Positions 39,261-53,100 of a stretch of 64,000 nucleotides of DNA are shown piece by piece (the first letter of the stretch is position 1; every line of letters starts with the position of its first letter). This DNA is from Squalus acanthias (lineage: Eukaryota), in NCBI GenBank assembly GCA_030390025.1, contig JASTWF010000034.1, positions 2,666,001 to 2,730,000 on the forward strand, written 5' to 3'. A model generated the notes under the pieces. That model was not told the DNA's origin. It did not search any database and saw only the letters and a list, made by a program, of their open reading frames with translations. The translations under genes and the position numbers were made by a program.

Positions 39261-39512
39261 TGGCCCAGAAATTGGACTTCGATTGTTGCCGCGGGGTTAA
39301 GGATCCCCCACGAAATTGCACTCCGCGCCAGCCTTTATGGTTCGGGCCCACACGAACTTTAGTTCCTGGGCCTCTCCCTGGTGCCGGCGCGCAGTGTGTG
39401 CGTATCCCAAAGCCTCAGTTAGTTCGATGCGACCTCTGGGATCACGTGGGCCAGTTAGAGCCAATGGCAGCACACCATCTTTCATTCATAGTTTTGACAT
39501 GAGACCTGTCAA
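39261..39512. mobile_element. ~250-bp GC-rich non-satellite insert, probably one end of a non-autonomous DNA transposon
   Basis: Abrupt composition change. Begins GGCCCAGAAATTG, reminiscent of MITE termini. No matching inverted end and no TSD seen. Confidence 0.5.
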
Positions 39513-40501
39513 TTAGACATGATACCCTCTACACTGGGGAATAATGTTACAGTAAATTGTGTATAAGACATTATAAGCTCTACACCAGTGAATAAAGTTA
39601 CAGGAAATTGTTAATTTAGACATGATACCCTCTACACCAAGCAATAAAGTTACAGTTAAATGATAATTTGACATGATTGCCTCTACACCGGGGAATAAAC
39701 GTACAGTTAACTGTTAATTTGACATGATACCCTCTACACCGGAGCAATAACTTTACAGCTAATTGTTAATTTGACATGATGCCCTCTACACCGGGGCATC
39801 AATTTACAGTTAATTGTTAATTTAGACATTATATCCTCTACACCGGGCAATAATGTTACAGTTAATTGTTAAATTAAACATTCATACCCTCCACACCGGG
39901 GAATTTAATTACAGTTAATTGTTAATTTTGACATGATATCCTCTACACCAGGGATTAAAGTTGCAGTTAATTGTTAAGTTAAACTAAATTCCCGCTAACC
40001 GTGGAATAAAGTTACAGTTAATTTTTAATTTAGACAAAATGCCCGCTGCACTGCGGAAGAAAGTTACAGTTAATTGTTATCTTAGACATGATACCCTCTG
40101 CACCAGGAATAAAGTTACAGTAAATTGTTAATTTAGACATGATATCCTCTACACCGGGGAATTAAAATTACAGTTAATTGTTAATTTGACATGATGTTCT
40201 CTACACCGGGGAATAAAGTTACAGATAATTGTTTATTTGACATTATATCCTCTACACTGGGTAATAAAGTTACTGTTAATTGTTAATTTAGACATGATAC
40301 CCTCTACACTGAGGAATAATGTTGCAGTGAAATGTTAACTTAAATATCATACCCTCCTCACCGGGGATTATAGTTACAGTTATTTGCTAATTTTGACATG
40401 ATTCCCTCTACTCCGGGGATTAATGTTACAGTTAATTGTTATTTTTGAGATGATGGCCTCCAGACTTGGGAATAATATCGCATACAATTGTTTATAAGAC
40501 A

Positions 40502-40731
40502 TGAGATGAATCTTGTCATTCATGTGGAAATGACTTATGAAATAATAGTGTGCGGCCTGCTGGTGGCGCTGACCAGGAAGATTATAAATACACGGGCATG
40601 GGCCCAGCTTGCTCAGGACATTCCTTAACTGGAACTAGTGAAAAGAAACAACTAGATCTCCATGTTGGAAAACAGTTGATTAATGTTTTGTTTAACGCTT
40701 AGACCAAGTGCCTATTAGTTTTGTTACATCA
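40502..40731 (+). mobile_element. Small (~230 bp) solo LTR, copy 1
   Basis: TGAGATGA...TTACATCA termini and TATAAATA at ~40583. Reverse-complement homolog at 45248-45467. Imperfect 5-bp TSD agaca/agtaa. Confidence 0.72.
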
Positions 40732-42780
40732 AGTAATTATAACCTCTACACCAGGGAATAAAGTTACAGCAAATTGTTAATTTAGACATGATACCCTCTA
40801 CACCGAGGAATGAAGTTACAGTTAATGTATATATGACATGATTGCCTCGACACCGGGGAATAAGTTTACACTTAATTGTTAATTTGACATGGTCCCTCTA
40901 TACCGGGAATAAAGTTACAGTTTATTGTTAATTTTGAAATGATTCATTCTTAACCGGGGAATAAAGTTACAGTAAATTGGTATTTGAAATGATATACTCT
41001 ACACTAGGGAATAAAGTTACAGTTAATTGTTAATTTAGACATGATTCCCTGCATACCGGGGAATAAAGTTTCATTTAATTGTTAATTTAGACATGATTCC
41101 CTCCACATCAGGGAATAAATTAAAAGTTTATTGTTAATTTGAAAGATACGCTCTACACGGGGGTATAAAGTTACGCTCAATTGTTTATATACATGATAAC
41201 CTCGACCGTGGGGAATAAAGTTGCAGTCAATTTTTAATTTAGTCATGATACCCTCTACACCGAGGAATTATTTGACAGTTATTTGTTAGTTTGACATGAT
41301 GCACTCTACACCAGGGAATAAATTTACAGTTAATTGTTAATTTTACATGATACCCTCTTCAACGGGAAATTAAAATCACAGTTAATTATTAATTTGACGT
41401 GATATCCTCTACACCAGGGAATAAAGTCACATTTAACTGTAAATTTGACAAGATACCCTCCACACCAGGAAATAAAGTTACAGTCAATTGCTAATTTAGA
41501 CATGATACCCTCCACACCAGGGAATAAAGTTACAGTCAATTGCTGAATGTGACATGATACCCTCTACACTGTGGAATAATGTTACAGTTAATTGTTAATT
41601 TGATATGTTAACCTCCACACCGGGGAATAAAGTTAATGTTAATAGTTAATTTGTCAGGATAACCTCTGCACTGAGGAATAAAGTTACAGTTGATTGTGGA
41701 TTTGACCTGACGCCCTCTACACTGGGTATACTGTTAAAGTCAATTGTTTATAAGACTTGATAACCTCTACAATGGGGAATAAAGTTACAATGTATTGTTC
41801 ATTTAGACATGTTTCCCTCTACAACGGGGAATGCAGTTACAGTTAATTGTTAATTTGACATGATGGACTCTACACCAGGGAATAAAGTTGCAGTGAATTG
41901 TTAATTTGACATGATGCACTCTACACCAAGGACTAAAGTTACAGTGAATTGTTAATTAAGACTTGATTCCCTCTACAACGGGGAATGAAGTTACAGTTAA
42001 TTGATAATTTAGACATGATACCCTCTACGCCGGGGAACTAAAATTACAGTTAATTTTTAATTTGTCATGATTTCTTCTGCACAGTGGAATAACGTTACAG
42101 TTAATTGTTAATTTGACATTATTTCCTCTACAACGGGAAACTAAATTTACAGTTAACTGTTAATTTAGACACGATACCCTCTACAACGGGGAATAACGTT
42201 ACAGTTAATTTTTAATTTGAAATGATGCCCTCTACACTGGGTAAAAAGATTTGGTTAATTGCTATTTTCGATATGATGGCCTGTGCACTGGGGAATAAAT
42301 TTACAGTTAATTGTTAATTTCGAAATTATGCCCTCTACATTGGGGAATACATTTACAGTTAATTGTTAATTTTGAAATAATTTCCATCACACCAGGGAAT
42401 AAAGTTACAGTTTATTGTTAATTTGACATGATATCCTCTACACCAGAGAAAAAAGTTACAGTTAATTGTAAATTTAGACATGATACCCTCTACACCGGAT
42501 AATAATGTTACAGTTAATTGTTTATTTGACATGATAACCTCTACACTGTGGAATAAAGATACAGTCAATTGCTAATTTGAAATCATACCCTCTAGACCGG
42601 GTAATAAAGTTACAGTTAATTGGTAATTTGACATGATGTCCTCGACAACAGAGAATAAAGTTACAGTTAATTGTAAATTTAGACATGATACCCTCTGCAC
42701 CGGGTAATACTGTTACAGTTAATTGTTTATTTGAAATGATAACCTCTACACTGGGAAATAAAAGATCCAGTCAATTGCTA

Positions 42781-44777
42781 ATTTGAAATCATACCCTCTA
42801 CACCGGGGAATAAAGTTACAGTAAATTTTTAATTTGGCATGATATCCTCTTCCCCCACGAATAAAATTACACTTAATTGATTATTTCACATGATAATCGC
42901 TATACTGGCGAAAAATACAGACAATTGTTAATTTGAAATCATAACCTCTACACCGGGGAATAAAGTTACAGTTAGTTCTTAATTTGGACATGATACCCGC
43001 CACACTGGGGAATAAAGATAAAGTCAATTGTTAATTTGAAATGGTGCCCTCTTTACCCGGAAATAAAGTTTCAGTTAATTGGTAATTTAGAATGCTACCC
43101 TCTACACTGTGGAATAAAGTTACAGAACATTGTTCATTTACCCTGGTTATCCTCTACACCAGAGAATACAGTTACATTAATTTTTAATTTAACATGATAT
43201 CCTCAACACCATAGAATAAATTTAAAGTTAATTGTTAATTTTGACACTATGGCCTCTACACCCGGGAAAAAACGTTACAGTTATTTGTTAATTTGACAAG
43301 ATATGTTCTACTCCGGGGAGTAAAGTTTCAGTTAATTGTTAATTTTGACCTGACACCCTCTACACCGGGGAATAAAGTAGCAGGTAATTGTTACTTTGAA
43401 ATTATTCCCTCTACACCGGGGAATAAAATTACAGTTAATTGTTAATTTGACATGATACCCTCTACACCAGGAAACAAAGTTACATTTAATTGTTAATTTA
43501 GACATAATTTCCATCACACCGGGGAATAAAGTTACAGTTAATTGTTAATTTGAAATTATAACCTCTTCATCAGCGAATAAAGTTACAATTAATTTTTAAG
43601 TTGACATGATATCCTCTACACTAGAGAATAAAGATACAGTTAATTGTTAATTGTGACATGATGCTCTCTACACTGGGAATACAGTTACAGTTAATTATTA
43701 GTTTGACATGATATCCTCTACAGTGGGGAATAATGTTACATTTAATTGTTAATTTGAAATCATACCCTCTACACCGGGGAATAAAGTTACAGTAAATTTT
43801 TAATTTGGCATGATATCCTCTTCCCCCACGAATAAAATTACAGTTAATTGTTTATTTCACATGATAATCGCTATACTGGCGAAAAATACAGACAATTGTT
43901 AATTTGAAATCATAACCTCTACACCGGGGAATAAAGTTACAGTTAGTTCTTAATTTGGACATGATACCCGTCACACTGGGGAATAAAGATAAAGTCAATT
44001 GTTAATTTGAAATGGTGCCCACTTTACCGGGAAATAAAGTTACAGTTAATTGGTAATTTAGAATGCTACCCTCTACACTGTGGAATAAAATTACAGAACA
44101 TTGTTAATTTACCCTGCTTATCCCCTACACCAGAGAATACAGTTACATAAATTTTTAATTAACATGATATCCTCAACACCATAGAATACAATTACAGATA
44201 ATTGTTAATTTTGACACTATGGCCTCTACACCCGGGAAAAAACGTTAGTTATTTTTTAATTTGACAAGATATGTTCTACTACGGGGAATAAAGTTTCAGT
44301 TAATTGTTAATTTTGACCTGACACCCTCTACACCGGGGAATAAAGTAGCAGATAATTGTTACTCTGAAATGATTCCCTCTACACCGGGGAATAAAATTAC
44401 AGTTAATTGTTAATTTCGACAAGATGCCCTCTACATTGGGGAATAAAGTTACAGTTAATTGTTAATTTGACATGATACTCTCTACACCAGGAAACAAAGT
44501 TACATTTAATTTTTAATTTAGACATAATTTCCATCACACCGGGGAATAAAGTTACAGTTAATTGTTAATTTGAAATGATAACCTCTACATCAGCGAATAA
44601 AGTTACAATTCATTTTTAATTTGACATGATATCCTCTACACTAGAGAATAAAGTTACAGTTAATTGTTAATTGTGACATGATGCTCTCTACACTGGGAAT
44701 ACAGTTTCAGTTAATTATTAGTTTGACATGTTATCCTCTACAGCGGGGAATAATGTTACATTTAATTGTTAATTTGA
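42781..44777. repeat. ~1-kb tandem duplication of satellite monomers
   Basis: Rare variants 'cctcttcccccacgaat' and 'actggcgaaaaatacagac' recur at offset 971; the second copy has one extra monomer. Confidence 0.88.
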
Positions 44778-45247
44778 CATGATGCCCACTACACCGGGGA
44801 ATAATGGTAAAGTTAATTGTTAATTTATCATGATACCCTCTATACTGGGGAATAAAGTTACAGTCAATTCTGTATTTGATATGATAAACTCGGCACTGGG
44901 GAATAACGATACAGTCAATTGCTAATTTGAAATCATATCCTCTACACCGGGGAATAAATTACAGTTAATTTTAAATTAGGCATGATATCCTCTACAGCAG
45001 AGAATAAAGTTACAGTTAATTGTTAATTTGACATGATGCCCTCGACACCGGGGAATAAAGTTAAAATTAATTGTTAATTTGTCAAGATACCCTCTAGACT
45101 GCGGAATAAAGTTGCAGCAGTTTGTTAATTTATCATGATACCCTCTACACTGTGGAATAAAGTAACTGTCAATTGTATATTTGACATGATAACCGCTATA
45201 CTGAAGAATGAAGATACAGTCAATTGCTAATTTGAAATCATAACCTC

Positions 45248-45467
45248 TGACGTAAGAAAACTACTAGGCACTTGGTCTAAGCGTTAAACAAATCTTTAAT
45301 TAACTGTTTTCCAACATGGAGATCTATTTGTTCCTTCCTGTTAAGTAATGTACTTAGCAAGCTGGGCCCATGCCCGAGTATTTATACTCTCCACAGGCAG
45401 CGCCATCATCAGGCCACCCAGTACTACTTCATCAGTCATTTCCACATGAATGACAAGATTCATGTCA
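45248..45467 (-). mobile_element. Small (~220 bp) solo LTR, copy 2 (opposite orientation)
   Basis: TGAC...GTCA termini, TSD acctc/ccctc, TATAAATA and ATTAAA on the minus strand. Confidence 0.75.
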
Positions 45468-47111
45468 CCCTCTACACCAGGGAATAAAGTTACTGTTAAT
45501 TGTTAATTTAGACATGATGCCCCCTACACCGGGGAATAAAGTTACAGTTAATTGTTAATTTTGACATGATGCCCTCTACACTGGGGAATAAATATACAGT
45601 CAATTGTTAATTTTAAATGGTGCCCTCTACATTGGGGAATAAAGTTACAGATGATAGTTTATTTGACATGATATCCTCTACACCAGGGAATAAAGTTACA
45701 ATCAATTGCTAATTTAAACATGATACACTCTGCACTGTGGAAGTAGTTTACAGTTAATTATTAATTGAGATATAATTCCCATCACATCGTTGAATAAAGT
45801 AACAGTTAATTGTTAATGTGACATGATATCCTCTACATCAGAGAATAAATTTGCAGTTAATGTTTAATTTGACATGATGACCTCTAGACTTGGAAATAAT
45901 GTTACAGTTGATTGTTAATTTGACAGGATACCCTCTACACTGGGGAATAAAGTTTCAGTCATTTTTTTATTTAACATGATAACCTCTACACCGGGGAAAA
46001 AAGTTATAGTTAATTTTCAATTTGACATGATATCCTCTACACCGGTGGATAAAGTTACAGTTGGTTGTTAATTTGACAGGATACCCTCTACAGTGAGGAA
46101 CAAAGTTACAGAAATGTGTTAATTTATTCAGCATATCCTCTACACCAGAGAATAAAGTTATAGTTAATTTTTAATTTGACATGATATCCTCTACAGCAGA
46201 GAATAAAGTTACACTTAATTGCTAATTTGGACATGATGCCCTCTACACCAGTGAATCATGTTGGAGTGCATTGTTTATTTGACATGATATACACTACACA
46301 GGGGAATAAAGATACAAACAATTGTTAATTTGAAATCATACCCTCTTCACCGGGGTATAAAGTTACAGTTAATTGTTAATTTAGACATGATGCCCTCTAC
46401 ACTGGGGAATAAATATACAGTCAATTGTTAATTTTACATGGTGCCCTCTACACCGGGAAATAAAGTTACAGTTAATTATTAATTTAGACATAATTCCCAT
46501 TACATCGGGGAATACGGTAACAGTTAATTGTTAATGTGACATGATATCCTCTACAGCAGAGAATAAAGTGGCAGTTAATTTTTAATTTGACATTATATTC
46601 TGTACACCAGGGGAAAATTATACAGTTATTTGTTAATTTAACATGATGACCTCTTCACCGGGGAATAAAGTTAAAATTAATTTTTAATTTGTCATGATAC
46701 CCTCCAGACTGGGAAATAAAGTTACATTTGAATGTTAATTTGACAGGATACCCTCTAAACTGGGGAATAAAGTTCCAGTCATTTTTTATTTGACATGATA
46801 CCCTCTACACCGGTGGATAAAGTTGCAGTTAATTGTTAATTTGAAAAGATACCCTCTACACAGGGGAATAAACTTACAGTCATTTGTTTATTTGAAATGA
46901 TAACCTCTACACGGGTAAACAGAGATACCGACAATTGTTAATTTGAAATCATACCCTCTACACCGGGGAATAAAGGTACAGTTAGTTGTTAATTTAGACA
47001 TGATACCCTCTACACTGGGGAATAAAGATACAGTCAGTTGTTAATTTGAAATGGTGCCCTCTACACCAGGGGAAAAAGTTACAGTTAACTGTTAATTTAA
47101 ACATGATACCC

Positions 47112-50100
47112 TCTACACTGTGGAATAAAATTACAGAAATGTGTTAATTTAGTCAGGATATCCTCTACACCAAGGAATTAAGTTACAGTTAATTTTTAAT
47201 TTGACATGATATCCTCTACAGCAGAGAATAAAGTTAAAGTTAATTGCTAATTTTGACATGATGCCCTCTACACCCGTGAATAATGTTGGAGTTCATTGTT
47301 AATTTGACATGAAGCCCTCGCCACTGGGGATTAAAGTTAAAATTAATTGTTATTTTCATGATACCCTCTACTTTTGGGAATAAAGTAAAAGTCAATTGTA
47401 TATTTGACATGATAACATCTACACTGGGGAATAAAGAGATAGTCAATTTCTAATTTGAAATCATAACCTCTACACCGGGGAATAAAGTTACAGTTAATTG
47501 TTAATTTAGAAATGATACCCTCTACACGGGGAAATAAATAAACAGTTAATTGTTACTTTGACATGAAGCCCTCTACACCAGGGAATAAAGTTAGAGGTAA
47601 TTGTTAATTTAGACATAATTTCTATCACACCGGGGAATAAAGGTACAGTTAATTGTTAATTTGACAAGATATCCTCTACACCAGAGAATAAAGTTACAGT
47701 TAATTGTTAATTTTGACATGATGCTCTCTACATTGGGAATAAAGTTACAGTTATTTTTCAATTTGACATGATATCCTCTACAGAGGGGAATAATGTTACA
47801 GTTAATTGTTAATTTGTCATGATGCCATGTACACCGGAGAATGAAAGTAAAGTTAATTTTTAATTTGTCATGATACCCGCTAGACTGGGAAATAAAGTTA
47901 CAGTTAATTGCTAATTTTGACATGATGCCCTCTACACCCGTGAATAATGTGGAGTTCATTGTTAAATTGACATGAAGCCCTCGACACCGGGGATTAAAGT
48001 TAAAATTGATTGTTATTTTCATGATACCCTCTAGACTGGGGAATAAAGTTACAGTTGATTGCTAATTTGATATGGTACCCTCTACACTTGGGAATAAAGT
48101 AACAGTCAATTGTATATTTGACATGATAACATCTACACTGGGGATTAAGGAGACAGTCAATATCTAATTTGAAATCATAACCTCTACACCGGGGAATAAA
48201 GTTACAGTTAATTGTTAATTTAAACATGATACCCTCTACACTGTGGAATAAAGTTACAGAAATGTGTTAATTAATCAGGATATCCTCCACACCAGAGAAT
48301 AAAGTTACAGTTAACATTTAATTTGACATGAAGCCCTCTACAGCAGAGAATAAAGTTACAGTTGATTGACAATTTTGACATGATGCCCTCTAGACACGTG
48401 AATAATGTTGGTGTTCACTGTTAAATTAATATGAAGCCCTCGACTCCGGAGATTAAATATAAAATTAATTGTTATTTTCATGATACCCTCTAGACTGGGG
48501 AATAAAGTTACAGTTAATTTTTCATTTGACATGATATCCTCTACACCGGGGAACAATGCAACAGTTAATTGTTAATTTGAAATCATACCCTCTACACCGG
48601 GGAATAAAGTTACAGTTAATTGTTAATTTGACATGATGCCCTCTACACCGGAGAATGAAGTTAAAGTTAATTGTTAATTTGTCATGATACCCTCTGGACT
48701 GGGAAATAATGTAACAGTTATTTGTTAATTTGACATAATACGCTCTACACTGGGTAATAAAGATACAGTCAATTGCTAATTTGAAATCATACCCTCTACA
48801 CCGGGGAATAAAGTTACAGTTATTTTTAATTTGGCATGACATCCTCTACCCCAGAGAATAAATTTACAATTAATTGTTAAATTTGACATGATGTCCTCTA
48901 CACTTGGGAATAAAGTTACAGTTAATTGTTCATTTGACATGATACACTCTACACCAGGGAATAAAGTTAGAGTTAAATGTTAATTTAGACATGATTCCAT
49001 GCACACCTGGGAAAAAATTACAGATAATTGTTAATTTCACATGATATCCTCTACACCGGGGAATAAAGTTACAGATATTGTTAACTTGACACGATATCCT
49101 CGACTCCAGAGAATAATGTAACAGTTAATTTTTAATTTGACATGATATGCTCTACACCAGAGAATACACCAGGGAATAAGGTTACAGTTAATTGCTAATT
49201 TAGACATGATTGCTTCCACATCAGGGAATAAAGTTACAGTCAATTGCTAATTTGACATGATATCCTCTACAACGTGGTATATAGTTCAGTTAATTGTTAA
49301 TTTGACATGATCCCCTCTACACCGGGTAATAAAGTTTGAGTTAATTGTTAATTTCGACAAGAGTCCCTCTACATTGGTGATTAAAATTAATTACAGTTAA
49401 TTGTTAATTTAGACAAGATACCTTCTACACAGGGGAATAAAATTACAGCCAATTGTTAATTTAGACATGATTCTCTTCACACCGGGGAATAAGGTTGCAG
49501 TTATTTGCTAATTTAGACATGATTCCCTCACATCAGGGAAGAAAGTTAGACTTAATTGTTAATTTGACATGATATCCTCTACACCAGAGAATAAAGTTAC
49601 TGTTAATTTTTAATTGAACATAATATCCTCTACACCAGAGAATAAAGTTGCAGTTAATTGTTAATTTGACATGATATCCTCTACACCAGAGAATAAAGTT
49701 ACAGTTAATTTTTAATATGACATGATATCCTCTGCACTGGGGGATAATGTTGCAGTTAATTGTTAATTTGTCATGATGCCCTCTAGACTGGGAAATAAAG
49801 TTACAGTTAATTGTTAATTTGACATAATACGCTCTACACTGGGGAATACATTTACAGTTAATTGTTTATTTGACATGATAAACTCTGCACTGGGGAATAA
49901 AGATACAGTCAATTGCTAATATGAAATCATACCCACTGCACCGGGGAATAAAGTTACAGTTAATTGTTAACTAAACCTGATGCCCTGTGCACTGGGGATT
50001 AAATTAACAGTCAATTGTTAATTTGATATGAAGCCCTGTACACCGGGGAATTAAGTTACAGTTAATTGGTGATTTTGACGTTATACCCTCCACACCGCGG

Positions 50101-53100
50101 AATAAAGATTCAGTCGATTGTAAATTTGAAATGATTCCCTCTACAACTGGGGATAAACTTACAGTTAATTGTTAATTTAGATATGTTACCCTCTGCACTT
50201 GGGAATAAAGTTACAGTTAATTGTTAATTTGATATGATTCCGTCTAAACTGGGGAATAAAGTTACAGTTAATTGTTAATTTGACATGATACACTCTACAC
50301 CAGGGAATGAAGTTACAGTTAATTGTTATTTAGACATGATACCCGCTGCACCGGGGAATTTAAATTACAGTTAATTGTTAATTTGACATGATGCCCTCTA
50401 CACCGGGGAATAAAGTTTCAGTTAATTGTTAATTTCGACAAGATGCCCTGGACATTGGTGATTAAAGTGACACTTAATTGTTAATTGAGACATGATACCT
50501 TCTACACAGGGGAATAAAATTATAGTTAATTGTTAATTTAGATATGATTTCCTCCACACCGGGGAATAATGTTTTACAGTCAAATGCTAATTTGACATGA
50601 TACCCTCTACACCGGAGTATATCGTTACAGATAATTGTTAATTTGACATGATGCCCTCGACTCTGGGGAATAAAATTACAGTTAATCATTAATTTGACAT
50701 GATACCCTCTACACCAGGCAATAAAGTTACAATCCTTGGCTAATTTAAATATGATACTGTCTACACTGTGGAATAAATTTGCAATTAATTCTTAATTTAG
50801 ACATAATTCCCATCACATCGGGGAATAAAGTAACAGTTAATTGTTAATTTGACATGATATCGGCTACACCAGAGTATAAAGTTGCAGTTAATTTTTAATT
50901 TGACATGATGACCTCTTCACCAGGGAATAAAGTTAAAATTAATTGTTAATTTATCATGATACACTCTATACAGGGAAATAGAGTTACATTTGATTGTTAA
51001 TTTGACAGGATACCTTCTACACTGGGGAATAAGGTTGCAGTCAATTTTTTTGGGACTTGATTACCTCTACACCGGGGAATAAAGTTATTCTTTATTTTCA
51101 ATTTGACATGATACCCTCTACACCGGTGGAAAAAGTTACAGTTAATTGTGAATTTGTCATGATACCCTCTACACAGGGGAATAAACTTTCACTCAATTGT
51201 TTATTTGACATGATAACCTCTACACGGGGAACAAAGATACCGACAATTGTTAATTTGAAATCATACCCTCTACACCGGGGTATAAAGGTACAGTTAGTTG
51301 TTAATTTAAACATGATACCCGCTACACTGGGGAATAAAGATTCAGTCAGTTGTTAATTTGAAATGGAGCCCTCTACACTGGGAAATAAAATTCCTGTTAA
51401 CTGTTAATTTAAACACGATACCATCTACACTGTGGAATAAAATTTCAGAAATGTGTTAATTTAGTCAGGATATCCTCTACACCAAGGAATTAAGTTACAG
51501 TTAATTTTTAATTTGACATGATATCCTCTACAGCAGAGAATAAAGTTAAAGTTAATTGCTAATTTTGACATGATGCCCTCTACACCCGTGAATAATGTTG
51601 GAGTTCATTGTTAATTTGACATGAAGCCCTCGCCACTGGGGATTAAAGTTAAAATTAATTGTTATTTTCATGATACCCTCTACTTTTGGGAATAAAGTAA
51701 AAGTCAATTGTTTATTTGACATGATAACATCTACACTGGGGAATAAAGAGATAGTCAATTTCTAATTTGAAATCATAACCTCTACACCGGGGAATAAAGT
51801 TACAGTTAATTGTTAATTTAGAAATGATACCCTCTACACGGGGAAATAAATAAACAGTTAATTGTTACTTTGACATGAAGCCCTCTACACCAGGGAATAA
51901 AGTTAGAGGTCATTGTTAATTTAGACATAATTTCTATCACACCGGGGAATAAAGTTACAGTTAATTGTTAATTTGACAAGATATCCTCTACACCAGAGAA
52001 TAAAGTTACAGTTAATTGTTAATTTTGACATGATGCTCTCTACATTGGGAATAAAGTTACAGTTATTTTTCAATTTGACATGATATCCTCTACAGAGGGG
52101 AATAATGTTACAGTTAATTGTTAATTTGTCATGATGCCATGTACACCGGAGAATGAAAGTAAAGTTAATTTTTAATTTGTCATGATACCCGCTAGACTGG
52201 GAAATAAAGTTACAGTTAATTGCTAATTTTGACATGATGCCCTCTACACCCGTGAATAATGTGGAGTTCATTGTTAAGTTGACATGAAGCCCTCGACACC
52301 GGGGATTAAAGTTAAAATTGATTGTTATTTTCATGATACCCTCTAGACTGGGGAATAAAGTTACAGTTGATTGCTAATTTGATATGGTACCCTCTACACT
52401 TGGGAATAAAGTAACAGTCAATTGTATATTTGACATGATAACATCTACACTGGGGATTAAGGAGACAGTCAATATCTAATTTGAAATCATAACCTCTACA
52501 CCGGGGAATAAAGTTACAGTTAATTGTTAATTTAAACATGATACCCTCTACACTGTGGAATAAAGTTACAGAAATGTGTTAATTAATCAGGATATCCTCT
52601 ACACCAGAGAATAAAGTTACAGTTAACATTTAATTTGACATGAAGCCCTCTACAGCAGAGAATAAAGTTACAGTTGATTGACAATTTTGACATGATGCCC
52701 TCTAGACACGTGAATAATGTTGGTGTTCACTGTTAAATTAATATGAAGCCCTCGACTCCGGAGATTAAATATAAAATTAATTGTTATTTTCATGATACCC
52801 TCTAGACTGGGGAATAAAGTTACAGTTAATTTTTCATTTGACATGATATCCTCTACACCGGGGAACAATGCAACAGTTAATTGTTAATTTGAAATCATAC
52901 CCTCTACACCGGGGAATAAAGTTACAGTTAATTGTTAATTTGACATGATGCCCTCTACACCGGAGAATGAAGTTAAAGTTAATTGTTAATTTGTCATGAT
53001 ACCCTCTGGACTGGGAAATAATGTAACAGTTATTTGTTAATTTGACATAATACGCTCTACACTGGGTAATAAAGATACAGTCAATTGCTAATTTGAAATC

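Noticed and set aside
40502..45467. One large TIR transposon or inversion bounded by the ~225-bp inverted repeats
   Set aside because: The interior is ordinary satellite in unchanged orientation, and each copy has its own TG...CA ends and candidate TSD.
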